NCBI GenBank assembly: GCA_051294375.1
Contig: CM119266.1
Coordinates: 17,602,087 to 17,666,086 of the forward strand
Direction of reading: 5' to 3'
Length of the DNA stretch: 64,000 nucleotides
Source: Paraspadella gotoi
Taxonomy: Eukaryota; Animalia; Chaetognatha
Part shown: piece by piece, positions 14,404 to 29,120 of the stretch
How the letters are laid out: every line of letters starts with the position of its first letter
Position numbering within the stretch: position 1 is the first letter of the stretch
Notes under the pieces: model-generated
Told to the model about the DNA's origin: nothing
Seen by the model: only the letters and a program-made list of their open reading frames with translations
Databases searched by the model: none
Made by a program: the position numbers and the translations under genes

Positions 14404-16050
14404 CTGAGGCAACAGATCGTTTTCCCCCAAGCATATAAACGTATATATAGGTATATAATCCTTCCATGGATTTTCTGTGAGAACAGAAAAGTGCAATAAA
14501 AGTAGTCGGCGGGGAAAAGGAAACTTTTTTGAGATGTCATTTTTTGGTGCATTAAAAATAACTTTCTTTTTTGTAATTAATATAATTTATCGTTTTAGTT
14601 AAAATGTAGTAATAATAAATTTATATTAATATTAATAATTCCTTTCCGCTATCGCGATCTCCTTGACAAGCGACTGAGAATTTTTCCGCTTTGAAGAAAA
14701 AAATTAAATTGAAAAGAAAAACATTTCTAAGAAAAGCGTCGGAGATCCACGTCGTTCCAAAAAAAAATTGTTTGTTTGTTTGTTAACGTATTTTTTGTTG
14801 GTTTAAATCATTTTGTTTACTCATTTTTACACTTTTTATAAATTATTTATTATCTATTGTTTTGTTTGTTAACAAAAATTTACTTCATTTACGTTCGATG
14901 GTTACACAACTAACTCAAATTTCACTTATAATTTATGTTTTATTTTGTTTTGACTCTCATGTTTCCCTTTTCCCACGTTTTTTGTTTATATGATTTTTTT
15001 TTCCCAACCCAATAATTTCATTCAAATTTCGAGTCAAGAAAATTTATGTTTCCTCTTTTGATTTTAAGTAAAATGAAAGATTAAACGACTTATTTTGATT
15101 ATAAAGAATAAGTTTTAAAGTTAGTGTTTTCATTAATTTCATGTTTCACTATCTCATTAGAATAGAAAGTAATACTTTCCTACCACATCAGAAACATTTT
15201 GAATAATTTAAAATTGGTTTGACAAAGGATTTTTTTCGAAAACTCTTAGTCTTTGGTTAAAAAAATAAAAACTTTTCTCTCTCGTTATTTAGGAAATTAA
15301 TTACATCTCCGAACCCAGTTAGTTGAAAAAAAAAGGTGACCTCTTAACCCAGAACTACGATTCTAAGATTATTGGATAAAATCAGTTGAGTTTTTTTTTC
15401 TTCTGTTTGAGGGAAAAAAGAAGTTTGAGGAGAATTAAGAGAAAGAAAAATCTGACGGCCGTTGTCGTCGTTGTCGTTGTCGTCGTTGTCGTTGTCGTCG
15501 TTGTCGTTGTCGTCGTCGTTGTTGTACTCGTTGTCGTCGTCGTATTCCCTCTCCTCCTATTCTTCTTTTCAACGTATATTTTGTTTATGTTTCTGACTGT
15601 CATTGTTTAAGATATTCATTTTCCGAAACTTTGAATATCGATAAACTTTATATTCCGAAGCTTATTTTATAAAGTCGATGTTTTAAAGTATGCAACTTAT
15701 CGTAATAGTAGTGTAACTAAATTTGAATTCGTCCAGCGAAAAAACGTGTTTATTTCTTTCGTTTGTTTTTGTTTTTTGTTTGTTTGTTTGTTTTTTTTCG
15801 CTTTTTAAACCTTTTCAATGTTTTGATGTATCAATGTTTTATTGAGATTTTTGGTTTTTGAGTTGATCGTCGTAGTCATGATTTTGATTCACAATAAAAT
15901 AAAAATGCAATATTTGAAGGGAGTGAAAAAAAAGACAGACAGACTAAAAGTGTGCGAACGTGAAGAAAAAAAATAAATTAAAAGAGTAAATTCACGAAAA
16001 ATCAGATGTTTTCACTAAAAAATAACTCAATTCGCGCGGTCAATGAGGCA

Positions 16051-16146
<96 letters not shown>

Positions 16147-16256
16147 AGAGAGAAAAAAAAATTAAAATAATCCAAAAATTAAATCATTGACAAAATGAAG
16201 ATAAAAATCAAACTGCATTAACTTAAGAAGTTTTTTGCAGAGTATCGAGTAAAATT

Positions 16257-16350
<94 letters not shown>

Positions 16351-17768
16351 GTAATCCAGTTTGAGAGGAATCGAGTTTTGTTCCGTAACCAACTTGTACC
16401 TGTTCCCTTTCAGAGTTTTGTCTGAGGCTGATCTGTCGTCGTCGTTATCGTCGTCGTCGTCGTTATCGTCGTCGTCGTCATATTTTCTCGTGGTTGCAAT
16501 TATCGTCGTCGTTATCGTCGTCATCGCCGTCGTCGTCGTTTCATCGGAACTTCGCCCTTTAACTGAAAAAAGAACATAAGATATCAGTTTTTTTCAACGT
16601 TTTTTTTTTCGTATCGAAGTGAGGTAGATAGAAAGATAGAAGATAGTGTGAGAAGAGAGAAAGAAAGAAAAAGAGAGAGGGAGAGATAGAAAGAGAGAGA
16701 GATAGAAGAGAGAGAAAGACAGGGAGAGAGAGACATTTAATCCGTGAATCACCGGTTTTGATGTTCGATAAAAATCACAGCGAAAAAAAAATTAAAAAAG
16801 GAGAAAATGAGCGAAACGATTATTTTTTTTCTGCGGCCGTCAAGTTTCGACTTATATGTTCGGACCGTACTATATATATTGTACTATAGATTGTATTATA
16901 GAGTATTATAAATAATATTCAATATATAACATATTCTTAATAATATATAACATATAATATGTAAATATATTGGATATGAATAATGTTAAAGGATAATTTA
17001 TTTTGTAAGGTAAAGCTAGTACTCGATTAATCATAAAATTTGTATATGTCTATTTTGAAAGTGATTCCTTAAAGCTTAATATCTCTTACTCATTACCCAT
17101 CATCATCATCATCATCATCACGTGAGTTGGATGGAAGCCTTAGCCTTAGCCTTAGCCTTAGCCTTAGCCTTAGCCTTAGCCTTAGCCTTATCCTCCCATA
17201 GCCAGTCCAAAGTCAGGGGCTTATTTATTAAATGCATGAATAATTGACTATTGGTTGCGCCAATTTAATTTAATTTTCCCCTCTTTTTTCTCCTATTCTT
17301 CCCTTTTTTTGGCTTCCATCTTCTAATCACCCATAAAAGAGAATCATGCCTTTCGAATCTTCATTTATTCATTTATTCATTCGTTTAGATTTGTCTTCGT
17401 CAATTTCTTTACCGATATTATTGTTATTACTATGAAAACCGAAAAAAATGTTTTTTATGTTTTTTTAATTTTTGTGTTTAAAATTTTTTTCTTTAGATTT
17501 ATCAATTATAATTGAAATTTTATAATTATGTAATGTAATATATTGTAATATAAATAGAATGAGAATATCTATATTTATAACATTTTATATTATATTTACA
17601 ATTATTCAATCATCTTTGTATTTTCTCTTCTTTTCTTTTTTTATTTTCTCACTCGAAACCTGAAAAGGTAAACAACTTGATTTCGCTGTCACAACATCGC
17701 TATTTCTCTCACAGGAGTCTAATCTCACCCTCTCTCCCTCTCACTCTCCCTCTCTCTCTCTCCCTCTC

Positions 17769-17817
<49 letters not shown>

Positions 17818-18151
17818 CCTCTCATCGCCTCTTAGCTTTTCACTCCACCATCACTTTTCAGTCTTAACATCACAATCACCTTCACTCAACTTTACTCTCA
17901 AAATTCGTTCCTCAATTTCCTTTTATCGCTTCTCTCTCCTTTTCCGTTATCTTCACTTCCTCTCTCCATCGATCCGACTTCTCTTTCTCTTCCTCTTCCT
18001 CTCTATTTTCCTAACGACCTTTTCACGACTTCTCTATTTCTATTTGCATTTCCCTCTCTCTTTTCTCTTATCTTTTCAAGAATTCTACCTACAAAAAGAG
18101 ATAAAAAAGCGAAAAAATTTATATCATTATCTCTCTCTCTCTCTCTCTTTT

Positions 18152-18186
<35 letters not shown>

Positions 18187-18191
18187 ATCTA

Positions 18192-18222
<31 letters not shown>

Positions 18223-18263
18223 TTCACTTTCTCTCTATCTCACTCCATCATTCTCTCTGTCTC

Positions 18264-18328
<65 letters not shown>

Positions 18329-18498
18329 CTCTCTCCTCTCTCTCTCATTTTATACTTTTCTCAGAAAGCTTGGAGCTTAAAGTTCGTCAGCAGGAAATTA
18401 CATCTACAGTTTTTATTAAATTTTTTAAAATTTTATTTGTTGTTATTGTTGTCGTTGTCGTTGTTGTTGTTGTTGTTGACGGTAAAGGAAGAAAATTC

Positions 18499-18582
<84 letters not shown>

Positions 18583-19322
18583 GACGACGCGAAACGTGAA
18601 AAAGAAACAAACTACAAATATTAAAAAAGAAAGAAAAATCCAAATCTGCGATTCGCGGGGATTTTCTTTTTTTTTTTCTTTTGAAAAATAAAAATTAAAA
18701 ACTTTAGTTTGGAAGACAAAAAAACTTTTGCTGTGCGAATGAAATTATTCAAATTTTTCGTCCAAAGATTCCAGATTAATCTTGGATTAAATTCGACTTN
18801 NNNNNNNNNNNNNNNNNNNNNNNNAAAAAAAAGAAAATTAATTCATCAATATTTTTTACAAATAATATTAAATGAATGGATAATTGATATATTGGTTGAA
18901 CCAATTTCATTAAAAGAAAAAACATAATAGGAAGGAAATACGAAAGAATATAAAAAAGATAAGAGAAAATTTTTTTTTTCACTAAAGAAAAGATAAAAAA
19001 AAGAAATGAATTAGTAAACAAATAAAAAAATAAAATATAAAAAACAAAACAGAAAAACTAATGAAAAAGAAACAAAAAAAAGGTAAAATATAAAAAAAGA
19101 AAAAAGAAAAACTAATAAAAAAGAAAAAAAAACAAGAAGAAACTGAAGAAAAAAAAAAGACAAACAAGAAAATCTCACAAAACAACATTTTTTTTAAAAA
19201 AATACGGAAGTCAAAACGAATAAAAAAAAAAATATGAAAGAAAAAAAAATGAAATAAAAGAATATTCGACTCAACAAGCTCACGAACCCTTGTGTAGAGA
19301 GAGAGAGAGAGAGAGAGAAGAG

Positions 19323-19355
<33 letters not shown>

Positions 19356-21275
19356 AGAGAGAGAGAGAAGAGAGAAGGTCCCAAGGTCTTTGCAACCGCG
19401 ATGTCTCTCATCTTCTAACAATACTGCGCAAAATATTGGATCCCAAAAAAAAAAAAAGACTGAAAAGCGAGAAAAACGGGAAGAAGAAGAAGAAGGGGTT
19501 CGTGGAGAGAAAGGAGAGGGCGGAAGAGGAGGAGGAGGACTAGAAGAAGACGAAAGCGTGAAGGCAACAACGACAACGACTAAAAACGATATCAACTCGC
19601 AAACACAACAACTCACGGACAGACGGAACGACGACCAGAACTGAAACAACAACAACAACAACAGAACTGATGAGAAACCTTGGAAACGACGACGACGACA
19701 CGACGACCACGAAAACAAGAACAACAACAAAAACAACGACAATAAGACGAGCGCCACGGAAAACAACAACACCGAAAAACTGTCAAGAGCACCATGGAAA
19801 CGACAACAACAACGAGACGACGACCTATATCGCCCGACCAAACACCGTTTCCCGATCCAATATTCGTTTTATGACTCCGATAGTTTATGTGACTTTTCAC
19901 GCGTTGATTGAAAACACATTTCCTTCCTTTTTTTTTCCTGTATCTACGTTTTTTTATTTATTGGGAGTTGGGAAGGAAATGTTTTCTCAGGAAAAAAGGG
20001 CATGCGATTTCATGGGTTTATTTTTTGGTCGGTCTGTCTGTTGGGCGCGTTTAATGGGTCGGTGATTATTCGTGTTTGGAAACTTTTCTTAGTTAGCGGG
20101 AATAATTTTTATCTTGAATGTACTATTTTTAAAATATCTTTTGTTATGTAGTGGTATTTTTTTTATTGTAATTGCGACAGTTGGTGAAAGCATTATATCA
20201 CTTCATTGATAGGAAAATCAGGTAGTTTTGGAGTTAATTGACGAGTTTGTGAGATAGTCTTTATAGAAAGCTTACAGGGTCCTGAATTAATAAATTTTTA
20301 TTGGTAGTATCAATATTTTATTAAACGGTATAATTTTCTAATGAAAACGTCAGATGTCACTGCCAAAAAATTTAAAATATTAACTTTATTTATGTAAGAA
20401 CTTTAAATATATATTTTCTTAGGCGCGACTTTTAAAACACTGAGTTCTTTTTTTTTTGGTAATGGCAGATATAATAAAAATACATTGTAAAATAATTTTA
20501 CTATATACAATTCTATTTGGTAAAAAAATCACAAATAATTAAACATTTCTTGGTTAAAAATCTAATCCGTTAAAAAAAGTAAAGATTTAAAAAAAGAAAA
20601 AAGAAAGCGAATACTAAATACATTAGACTCTTAAAGCCTCCAAGAGGCGAGCGCTTTTTCATTAAGTTAACTCAATCCCGTTAATGATTTTTCAAGGTTA
20701 AAAGTTACGCGATTTTAGGCAACAGTTTTTTTTCTTCTTTGATGTAGTTGTCTTCTTTTTTGACACTTTATACTTTCGTATTTCTTGTTTTTTCTTTTCT
20801 ATTTCTTTCATTTTATGTTCTTTTTTTTCTCTTTCTTTTCTATTTGTTTTATTTTATGTTCTTTTTTTCTCTTTATTTTCTATTTGTTTTATTTTATTTT
20901 CTTTTCTCTTTCTTTTCTATTTCTTTTATTTTATGTTCTTTTCTTTTCTCTTCTTTTCTATTTGTTTTATTTTATATTCTTTTCTTTTTCTTTTTGATTT
21001 CTTTTTATTTTGTTCTTTTCTGCTTTTTTTTATTTATTTTTATTTTGTGCTTTTCTGTTTCTTTTCTATCATGTAGTATTTTATTTTTTATACATTCACT
21101 TTTTTATTTTGGTTTTTTCTTCTTTATTTTCTACTAAAAAATTTTATCGGAATAGGATTGTCCTTTGATCATTAGGTCTCAAGTCGTCGTCGTCGGAAAC
21201 TCAGGTTCAAGTTTTTTTTTTCAAAATAAAACAAACAGAAAAGTGAATCAAAAGGAGAAAGAATTCTGGGAGGGA

Positions 21276-21329
<54 letters not shown>

Positions 21330-21634
21330 CTCTCGCTCTCGCTCTCGCTCTCGCTCTCTCACTGGATCGGAAAAGGAAATGTCTGATTCTAAACTTCCGA
21401 AATCGTGATTCTTATTTTTGGGGGCGAGGGAGATGAAGAGGAGGAGGAGGAGGAAGAGGAAGAGGATCTAAAAAGATATTGAAATGTTCAGATGTTAAAA
21501 CAGTGACTAATAATGGGATGGGATCTTGTGATAGTAGAATGTGAAATTCTTTACTTTTTTTTTCTTTCACATTATTTGTCTCTTTCTTTATTTCTTTCTT
21601 CCTATTTTTAATTTTAGGAGATTTTTAACGCTTC

Positions 21635-21665
<31 letters not shown>

Positions 21666-23625
21666 TCTCTCTCTCTCTCTGGAGATCGTTCTAGGATTTC
21701 TATGTGCTGTTGTCATCAATCTGTCTCTCCGTCTATCTTCTTTTTTTCTCTCTCTCCCTCCGTTTTTATTTCCCTCTCTCTCCTCATTCCCTCTCTATCA
21801 CTTCCTCCTCTCTCTCTCTCTGTCTCTCTGTCTCTCCCTCTCTTCTTCCCCCTCCCTTTAATTTCTCCTGATTAAAAATTCCGGATGATAGAATTCCTGG
21901 ATGACGGGTTTCACAACAGGTTGGCACCGCCTCTTTGAGAGCGAGAGAGAGNNNNNNNNNNAGAGAGAGAGAGGCTGAGGCAACAGATCGTTTTCCCCCA
22001 AGCATATAAACGTATATATAGGTATATAATCCTTCCATGGATTTTCTGTGAGAACAGAAAAGTGCAATAAAAGTAGTCGGCGGGGAAAAGGAAACTTTTT
22101 TGAGATGTCATTTTTTGGTGCATTAAAAATAACTTTCTTTTTTGTAATTAATATAATTTATCGTTTTAGTTAAAATGTAGTAATAATAAATTTATATTAA
22201 TATTAATAATTCCTTTCCGCTATCGCGATCTCCTTGACAAGCGACTGAGAATTTTTCCGCTTTGAAGAAAAAAATTAAATTGAAAAGAAAAACATTTCTA
22301 AGAAAAGCGTCGGAGATCCACGTCGTTCCAAAAAAAAATTGTTTGTTTGTTTGTTAACGTATTTTTTGTTGGTTAAATCATTTTGTTTACTCATTTTTAC
22401 ACTTTTTATAAATTATTTATTATCTATTGTTTTGTTTGTTAACAAAAATTTACTTCATTTACGTTCGATGGTTTACACAACTAACTCAAATTTCACTTAT
22501 AATTTATGTTTTATTTTGTTTTGACTCTCATGTTTCCCTTTTCCCACGTTTTTTGTTTATATGATTTTTTTTTCCCAACCCAATAATTTCATTCAAATTT
22601 CGAGTCAAGAAAATTTATGTTTCCTCTTTTGATTTTAAGTAAAATGAAAGATTTAAACGACTTATTTTGATTATAAAGAATAAGTTTTAAAGTTAGTGTT
22701 TTCATTAATTTCATGTTTCACTATCTCATTAGAATAGAAAGTAATACTTTCCTACCACATCAGAAACATTTTGAATAATTTAAAATTGGTTTGACAAAGG
22801 ATTTTTTTCGAAAACTCTTAGTCTTTGGTTAAAAAATAAAAACTTTTCTCTCTCGTTATTTAGGAAATTAATTACATCTCCGAACCCAGTTAGTTGAAAA
22901 AAAAAGGTGACCTCTTAACCCAGAACTACGATTTCTAAGATTATTGGATAAAATCAGTTGAGTTTTTTTTTTCTTCTGTTTTGAGGGAAAAAAGAAGTTT
23001 GAGGAGAATTAAGAGAAAGAAAAATCTGACGGCCGTTGTCGTCGTTGTCGTTGTCGTCGTTGTCGTTGTCGTCGTTGTCGTTGTCGTCGTCGTTGTTGTA
23101 CTCGTCGTCGTCGTCGTATTCCCTCTCCTCCTTATTCTTCTTTTCAACGTATATTTTGTTTATGTTTCTGACTGTCATTGTTTAAGATATTCATTTTCCG
23201 AAACTTTGAATATCGATAAACTTTATATTCCGAAGCTTATTTTATAAAGTTCGATGTTTTAAAGTATGCAACTTATCGTAATAGTAGTGTAACTAAATTT
23301 GAATTCGTCCAGCGAAAAAACGTGTTTATTTCTTTTGTTTGTTTTTGTTTTTTGTTTGTTTGTTTGTTTTTTTTTCGCTTTTTAAACCTTTTCAATGTTT
23401 TGATGTATCAATGTTTTATTGAGATTTTTGGTTTTTGAGTTGATCGTCGTAGTCATGATTTTGATTCACAATAAAATAAAAATGCAATATTTGAAGGGAG
23501 TGAAAAAAAAGACAGACAGACTAAAAGTGTGCGAACGTGAAGAAAAAAAATAAATAAAAGAGTAAATTCACGAAAAATCAGATGTTTTCACTAAAAAATA
23601 ACTCAATTCGCGAGTCATGAGGCAG

Positions 23626-23718
<93 letters not shown>

Positions 23719-23847
23719 AAAAATTAAAATAATCCAAAAATTAAAATCATTGACAAAATGAAGATAAAAATCAAACTGCATTAACTTAAGAAGTTTTTTG
23801 CAGAGTATCGAGTAAAATTGAGAGAGAAAGAGGAGAGAGAGAGAGAG

Positions 23848-23895
<48 letters not shown>

Positions 23896-25317
23896 AAGAG
23901 AGAGAGGCGGTCATCCAGTTTGAGAGGAATCGAGTTTTGTTCCGTAACCAACTTGTACCTGTTCCCTTTCAGAGTTTTGTCTGAGGCTGATCTGTCGTCG
24001 TCGTTATCGTCGTCGTCGTCGTTATCGTCGTCGTCGTCATATTTTCTCGTGGTTGCAATTATCGTCGTCGTTATCGTCGTCATCGCCGTCGTCGTCGTTT
24101 CATCGGAACTTCGCCCCTTTAACTGAAAAAAGAACATAAGATATCAGTTTTTTCAACGTTTTTTTTTTCGTATCGAAGTGAGGGTAGATAGAAAGATAGA
24201 AAGATAGTGTGAGAAAGAGAGAAAGAAAGAAAAAGAGAGAGGGAGAGATAGAAAGAGAGAGAGATAGAAAGAGAGAGAAAGACAGGGAGAGAGAGACATT
24301 TAATCCGTGAATCACCGGTTTTGATGTTCGATAAAAATCACAGCGAAAAAAAAATTAAAAAAGGAGAAAATGAGCGAAACGATTATTTTTTTTCTGCGGC
24401 CGTCAAGTTTCGACTTTAATGTTCGGGACCGTACTATATATATTGTACTATAGATTGTATTATAGAGTATTATAAATAATATTCAATATATAACATATTC
24501 TTTAATAATATATAACATATAATATGTAAATATATTGGATATGAATAATGTTAAAGGATAATTTATTTTGTAAGGTAAAGCTAGTACTCGATTAATCATA
24601 AAATTTGTATATGTCTATTTTGAAAGTGATTCCTTAAAGCTTAATATCTCTTACTCATTACCCATCATCATCATCATCATCATCACGTGAGTTGGATGGA
24701 AGCCTTAGCCTTAGCCTTAGCCTTAGCCTTAGCCTTAGCCTTATCCTCCCATAGCCAGTCCAAAGTCAGGGGCTTATTTATTAAATGCATGAATAATTTG
24801 ACTATTGGTTGCGCCAATTTAATTTAATTTTCCCCTCTTTTTTCTCCTATTCTTCCCTTTTTTTTGGCTTCCATCTTCTAATCACCCATAAAAGAGAATC
24901 ATGCCTTTCGAAATCTTCATTTATTCATTTATTCATTCGTTTAGATTTGTCTTCGTCAATTTCTTTACCGATATGATTGTTATTTACTATGAAAACCGAA
25001 AAAAAAATGTTTTTATGTTTTTTTAATTTTTGTGTTTAAAAATTTTTTTCTTAGATTTATCAATTATAATTGAAATTTTATAATTATGTAATGTAATTAT
25101 ATTGTAATATAAATAGAATGAGAATATCTATATTTATAACATTTTATATTATATTTACAATTATTCAATCATCTTTGTATTTTCTCTTCTTTTCTTTTTT
25201 TATTTTCTCACTCGAAACCTGAAAAGGTAAACAACTTGATTTCGCTGTCACAACATCGCTATTCTCTCACAGGAGTCTAATCTCACCCTCTCTCCCTCTC
25301 ACTCTCCCTCTCTCTCT

Positions 25318-25403
<86 letters not shown>

Positions 25404-25863
25404 CCTCTCATCGCCTCTTAGCTTTTCACTCCACCCATCACTTTTCAGTCTTAACATCACAATCACCTTCACTCAACTTTACTCTCAAAATTCGTTCCTC
25501 AATTTCCTTTTATCGCTTCTCTCCTCCTTTTCCGTTATCTTCACTTCTCTCTCCATCGACCGACTTCTCTTTCTCTTCCTCTTCCTCTCTATTTTCCTAA
25601 CGACCTTTTCACGACTTCTCTATTTCTATTTTGCATTTCCCTCTCTCTTTTCTCCTTATCTTTTTCAAGAATTCTACCTACAAAAAGAGATAAAAAAGCG
25701 AAAAAATTTATATCATTATCTCTCTCTCTCTCTCTCTTTTTCTCTCTCTCTCTCTCTGTCTGTCTTCTCTTCTCTCTTCTCTCTCTCTCTCTCTCTTCTC
25801 TCTTCTCTCTATCTCTCTCTCTCTTTCACTTTCTTTCTATCTCACTCTCCATCATTCTCTCTG

Positions 25864-25909
<46 letters not shown>

Positions 25910-26060
25910 ATACTTTTCTCAGAAAGCTTGGAGCTTAAAGTTCGTCAGCAGGAAATTACATCTACAGTTTTTATTAAATTTTTTAAAATTTTATTTGTTG
26001 TTATTGTTGTCGTTGTCGTTGTTGTTGTTGTTGTTGACGGTAAAGGAAGAAAATTCATAT

Positions 26061-26111
<51 letters not shown>

Positions 26112-26361
26112 GAGAAGAGAGAGAGAGGAGAGGGAGAGAGAAGAGACGACGCGAAACGTGAAAAAGAAACAAACTACAAATATTAAAAAAGAAAGAAAAA
26201 ATCCCAAATCTGCGATTCGCGGGGATTTTCTTTTTTTTTTCTTTTGAAAATAAAAATTAAAAACTTTAGTTTGGAAGACAAAAAAACTTTTGCTGTGCGA
26301 ATGAAATTATTCAAATTTTTCGTCCAAAGATTCCAGATTAATCTTGGATTAAATTCGACTT
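11258..26361 (+). repeat. About 7.5 kb direct tandem duplication (11258-18799 and 18825-26361) separated by a 25-N gap
   Basis: Colinear near-identity throughout; differences are mainly 1-bp indels and microsatellite lengths. Confidence 0.95.
18800..18824. other. Assembly gap of exactly 25 N (also 3970-3994, 8470-8494, 51778-51802; other gaps 5793-6028, 6231-6415, 21952-21961)
   Basis: N runs counted directly. Confidence 0.98.
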
Positions 26362-26426
26362 TAAATTTCCCTTTTTTTCATGAATAAATTAATTTTTATT
26401 TTTCTCTTTCATTGTGGTTGTTGTTA

Positions 26427-26774
26427 CCATCTAGGAAAAAAGTATATCACATAATTTATATATTCAATAAAAAAAACATGAATAAAATATTTTTAATATT
26501 TAGTATGCCCTTCCTCAGTATTGACTACTACCTGCATTCATCTGGGTATGCTCTCATACAGCAAATTGAGGTATGACTGTTAAATATTTTTCTACATCTT
26601 TAACGCAATTATTTTCAGCCCCGATGTTGATGTTGCGCATCTTTCCCTTTTTTCTGAGAGCTAAAAGAAAGAAAATTCAACGTAGATTTGGAAACATTCT
26701 GATTTTATTTAAATCAAACAAGTTATCGAGTGATATCCTTTATTAAAAATGTGATATACTTTTTTCCTAGATAG
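26427..26774. mobile_element. MITE with 26-bp TIRs and TA target duplication (Tc1/mariner type)
   Basis: TA-CCATCTAGGAAAAAAGTATATCACAT ... ATGTGATATACTTTTTTCCTAGATAG-TA, one mismatch. Confidence 0.8.
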
Positions 26775-26944
26775 TATTGTTTGTGTTGCTGTTTTATCGT
26801 TGTTAGTTATTATTATAACGTTGTACCGCTCTAATGAATAACGATTAAGAAGACAAGAGTTCTACTAATATAAAATTATCATTTGATTTAAATAACAAGC
26901 TTTCTTGGCTCCCAACTCTGGACAGGCTACGGTGGATGAAGATC

Positions 26945-27040
26945 TCTCTCACAGGCTCGTTTATCAACTCCAAGTGTCAGAAACAAGCCTTAGTGTGTCT
27001 TTTGTCATTCGCAGTCTTGCGAATTGGAATAAATTAAATA
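26945..27040 (+). mobile_element. Possible CR1/L2-type ORF2 3' end remnant
   Basis: Reads RLSTPSVRNKP*CVSFVIRSLANWNKL, resembling the SF..R....WN.L C-terminal motif. Confidence 0.35.
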
Positions 27041-27378
27041 CTTTAAATTGAAAAATTTAAAATACTTAGGGTTTGAAATCTTATTATTAAACTTTGAACG
27101 ATCAAACTTAACTTTCATCCCAATGCAAATTATCCCTTCCAACTATTTTTGTTAGGCCTTATAGATGCTTTGATTTCTCAAAGGAACAAAAACGATTCGT
27201 GGTATCTAAGTAGAAAATCTCTCTATCTCTCTCTCTCTTGCTCTATCTTTCTCTCTCTCTCTCTCCCTTTAAATTAATTCCGTTCTTCTCCTTTTGTTTT
27301 TGCCCATAATTTCTCTCTGAAAAGGGACGCAGAGAGAGAGAGATGAGAGAGAGAGAGAGATGGAGAGAGAGAATCGAG

Positions 27379-27417
<39 letters not shown>

Positions 27418-27586
27418 AAGCGAGAGGCCAACCAATGATTCGCGAAGTGAAATTTATTTCTCACCGCGCGTTAGGAGTGATTGATCGAGTGATTTCTTTT
27501 ATTAATTGAGTTCGATTCCAGGGAGAGAGAAGGAGAGACGAGAAGACAAGAGAGAGAGGCCACAAGAGAAAGAGAGAGAGAGAGAG

Positions 27587-27680
<94 letters not shown>

Positions 27681-28324
27681 ATATAGAGAGAAAGTAATAA
27701 TCTACGATTGCAATCGTCCAGAAATAGATCTCTTGATGAGAATAATAAACAAACAGAAAAACAAAAAAACAAAAAAAAAACAACTGTAAAACAAAGAAAG
27801 AAAGGCAGACAGACGGACACTGAGAGAGACTGTAAAACCGACCGACAAACTTGCAGAAATGAAACATTCAGAAAGCCAAAGAAAAATACCGACAGACTGG
27901 AATACAGGCAGACGAAATGAGAAACAGACAGACAGGCAGAGAGGGAGTCAAAGAAAGAGACAGATCGATCGTCTCCACCAAACCCTCGTTGGTCTATTTG
28001 CAATCGGTTGTTCAATCGACCATTGATGATTATCTCCTTCTCTCTCCCTTAATCATCTTTTCTTTTCTTTCTTTTTTCTTTTCTTCTTTTTTTTTATTCC
28101 TCCTTTTTTTTCCCATGATTTCTTTCTCTCTCTTTATTTCCTCTTTTTCTATTTTTTTTTCTTTAATACGGACACTTTCCAAATATTATGAAATAATAAG
28201 TACGACCAATTAACAATCTATCTCGTTCCTGATTAACGAGATGAAGGGTCTTTTTATCTGTGACATTTAATTCAACCTTTTCTTCTGCAAGATCGCAAAT
28301 TATTTTGTAATTCTCATTCTCTTC

Positions 28325-28410
28325 CGTTTGACCAATCAGAGATTACCATTTCCTCATTTCTTTATCGACCGCCCCCGCCTTCCCCCCCCCTACCCTCCCG
28401 GCCCAATGAA
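28325..28410. promoter_or_regulatory. Candidate promoter-like element (CCAAT boxes plus GC boxes)
   Basis: GACCAATCAG at 28330, CCGCCCCCGCC at about 28369, CCCAATGA at about 28402; no linked transcript identified. Confidence 0.3.
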
Positions 28411-28566
28411 TTTGTTTCGAGTGAAAAAATCAAATCTGTTTTCGGCGAAATTTAATTTTCCTCGTTGACAAAAAAAAGAAGGAAATTTCTTTGAGTCCAG
28501 TTGTGACACTGAAAAGAAAAAAAAAATTAAAAAAAAGTCCTTAGGACAAAAAAAAAAACATTCATA

Positions 28567-28676
28567 GTGATGGAGGCCTTAAACTACCAAAGCCTGTCCA
28601 GTGTCCAAAGTCAGGGGCATGATAGCTTATTTATTAAATGAATCGATAATTTGTATATTGGTTGTACCAATTTCAT
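28567..28676 (+). repeat. Copy of the 100-bp dispersed repeat
   Basis: Aligns to 46288-46389. Confidence 0.8.
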
Positions 28677-29106
28677 TCAATTACTTGAAAACAACCATAT
28701 CTATTCTTTTTTCAGGTTATAACTTTCGCAGAGCTAAGCCTGATATTAAAATTAAATGACCCAAAAATAATATGTAAATCCAGATACAAATTCTCACCTA
28801 CACCGCTTTCAGTTCGGCCTTATCAATATTTGGATTTTTAACCTCGCGCTGAGAACAACGCTAGAATCCCTCTCCCCATCATATTACAAATATATTAAGT
28901 AAAACTATTACTCGATATAATATTTATATGAAATTTTTATATTTTTTAAAAAAATCTGGTTTAATACAGTAAAACAGGTAATCTCACAATTTTCATATAA
29001 GTAGGTTGCTATTCATGTAACAATTCGTTCAGAAAAGAGAGCGGGATGGAGTAATTTAGGAAGAGAGTAAGAGAGTAAGAATCAGATGAAGGCAGCCTTG
29101 TGATTA

Positions 29107-29120
29107 GTTGCTATGGAAAC
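29107..29120. promoter_or_regulatory. RFX X-box consensus match
   Basis: GTTGCTATGGAAAC, about 2.1 kb upstream of the mucin ATG at 31273. Confidence 0.35.

Noticed and set aside
17137-17190. (GCCTTA)n as a nematode-type telomere
   Set aside because: Not a rotation or complement of TTAGGC; it derives from a dispersed repeat
1-28213. Dozens of Phe/Leu/Ser-rich, (SL)n, (ER)n, poly-Thr/Val/Asp ORFs
   Set aside because: They are translations of (AG)n, (GAC)n and polypurine tracts that lack stop codons; no domain motifs or consistent splice structure
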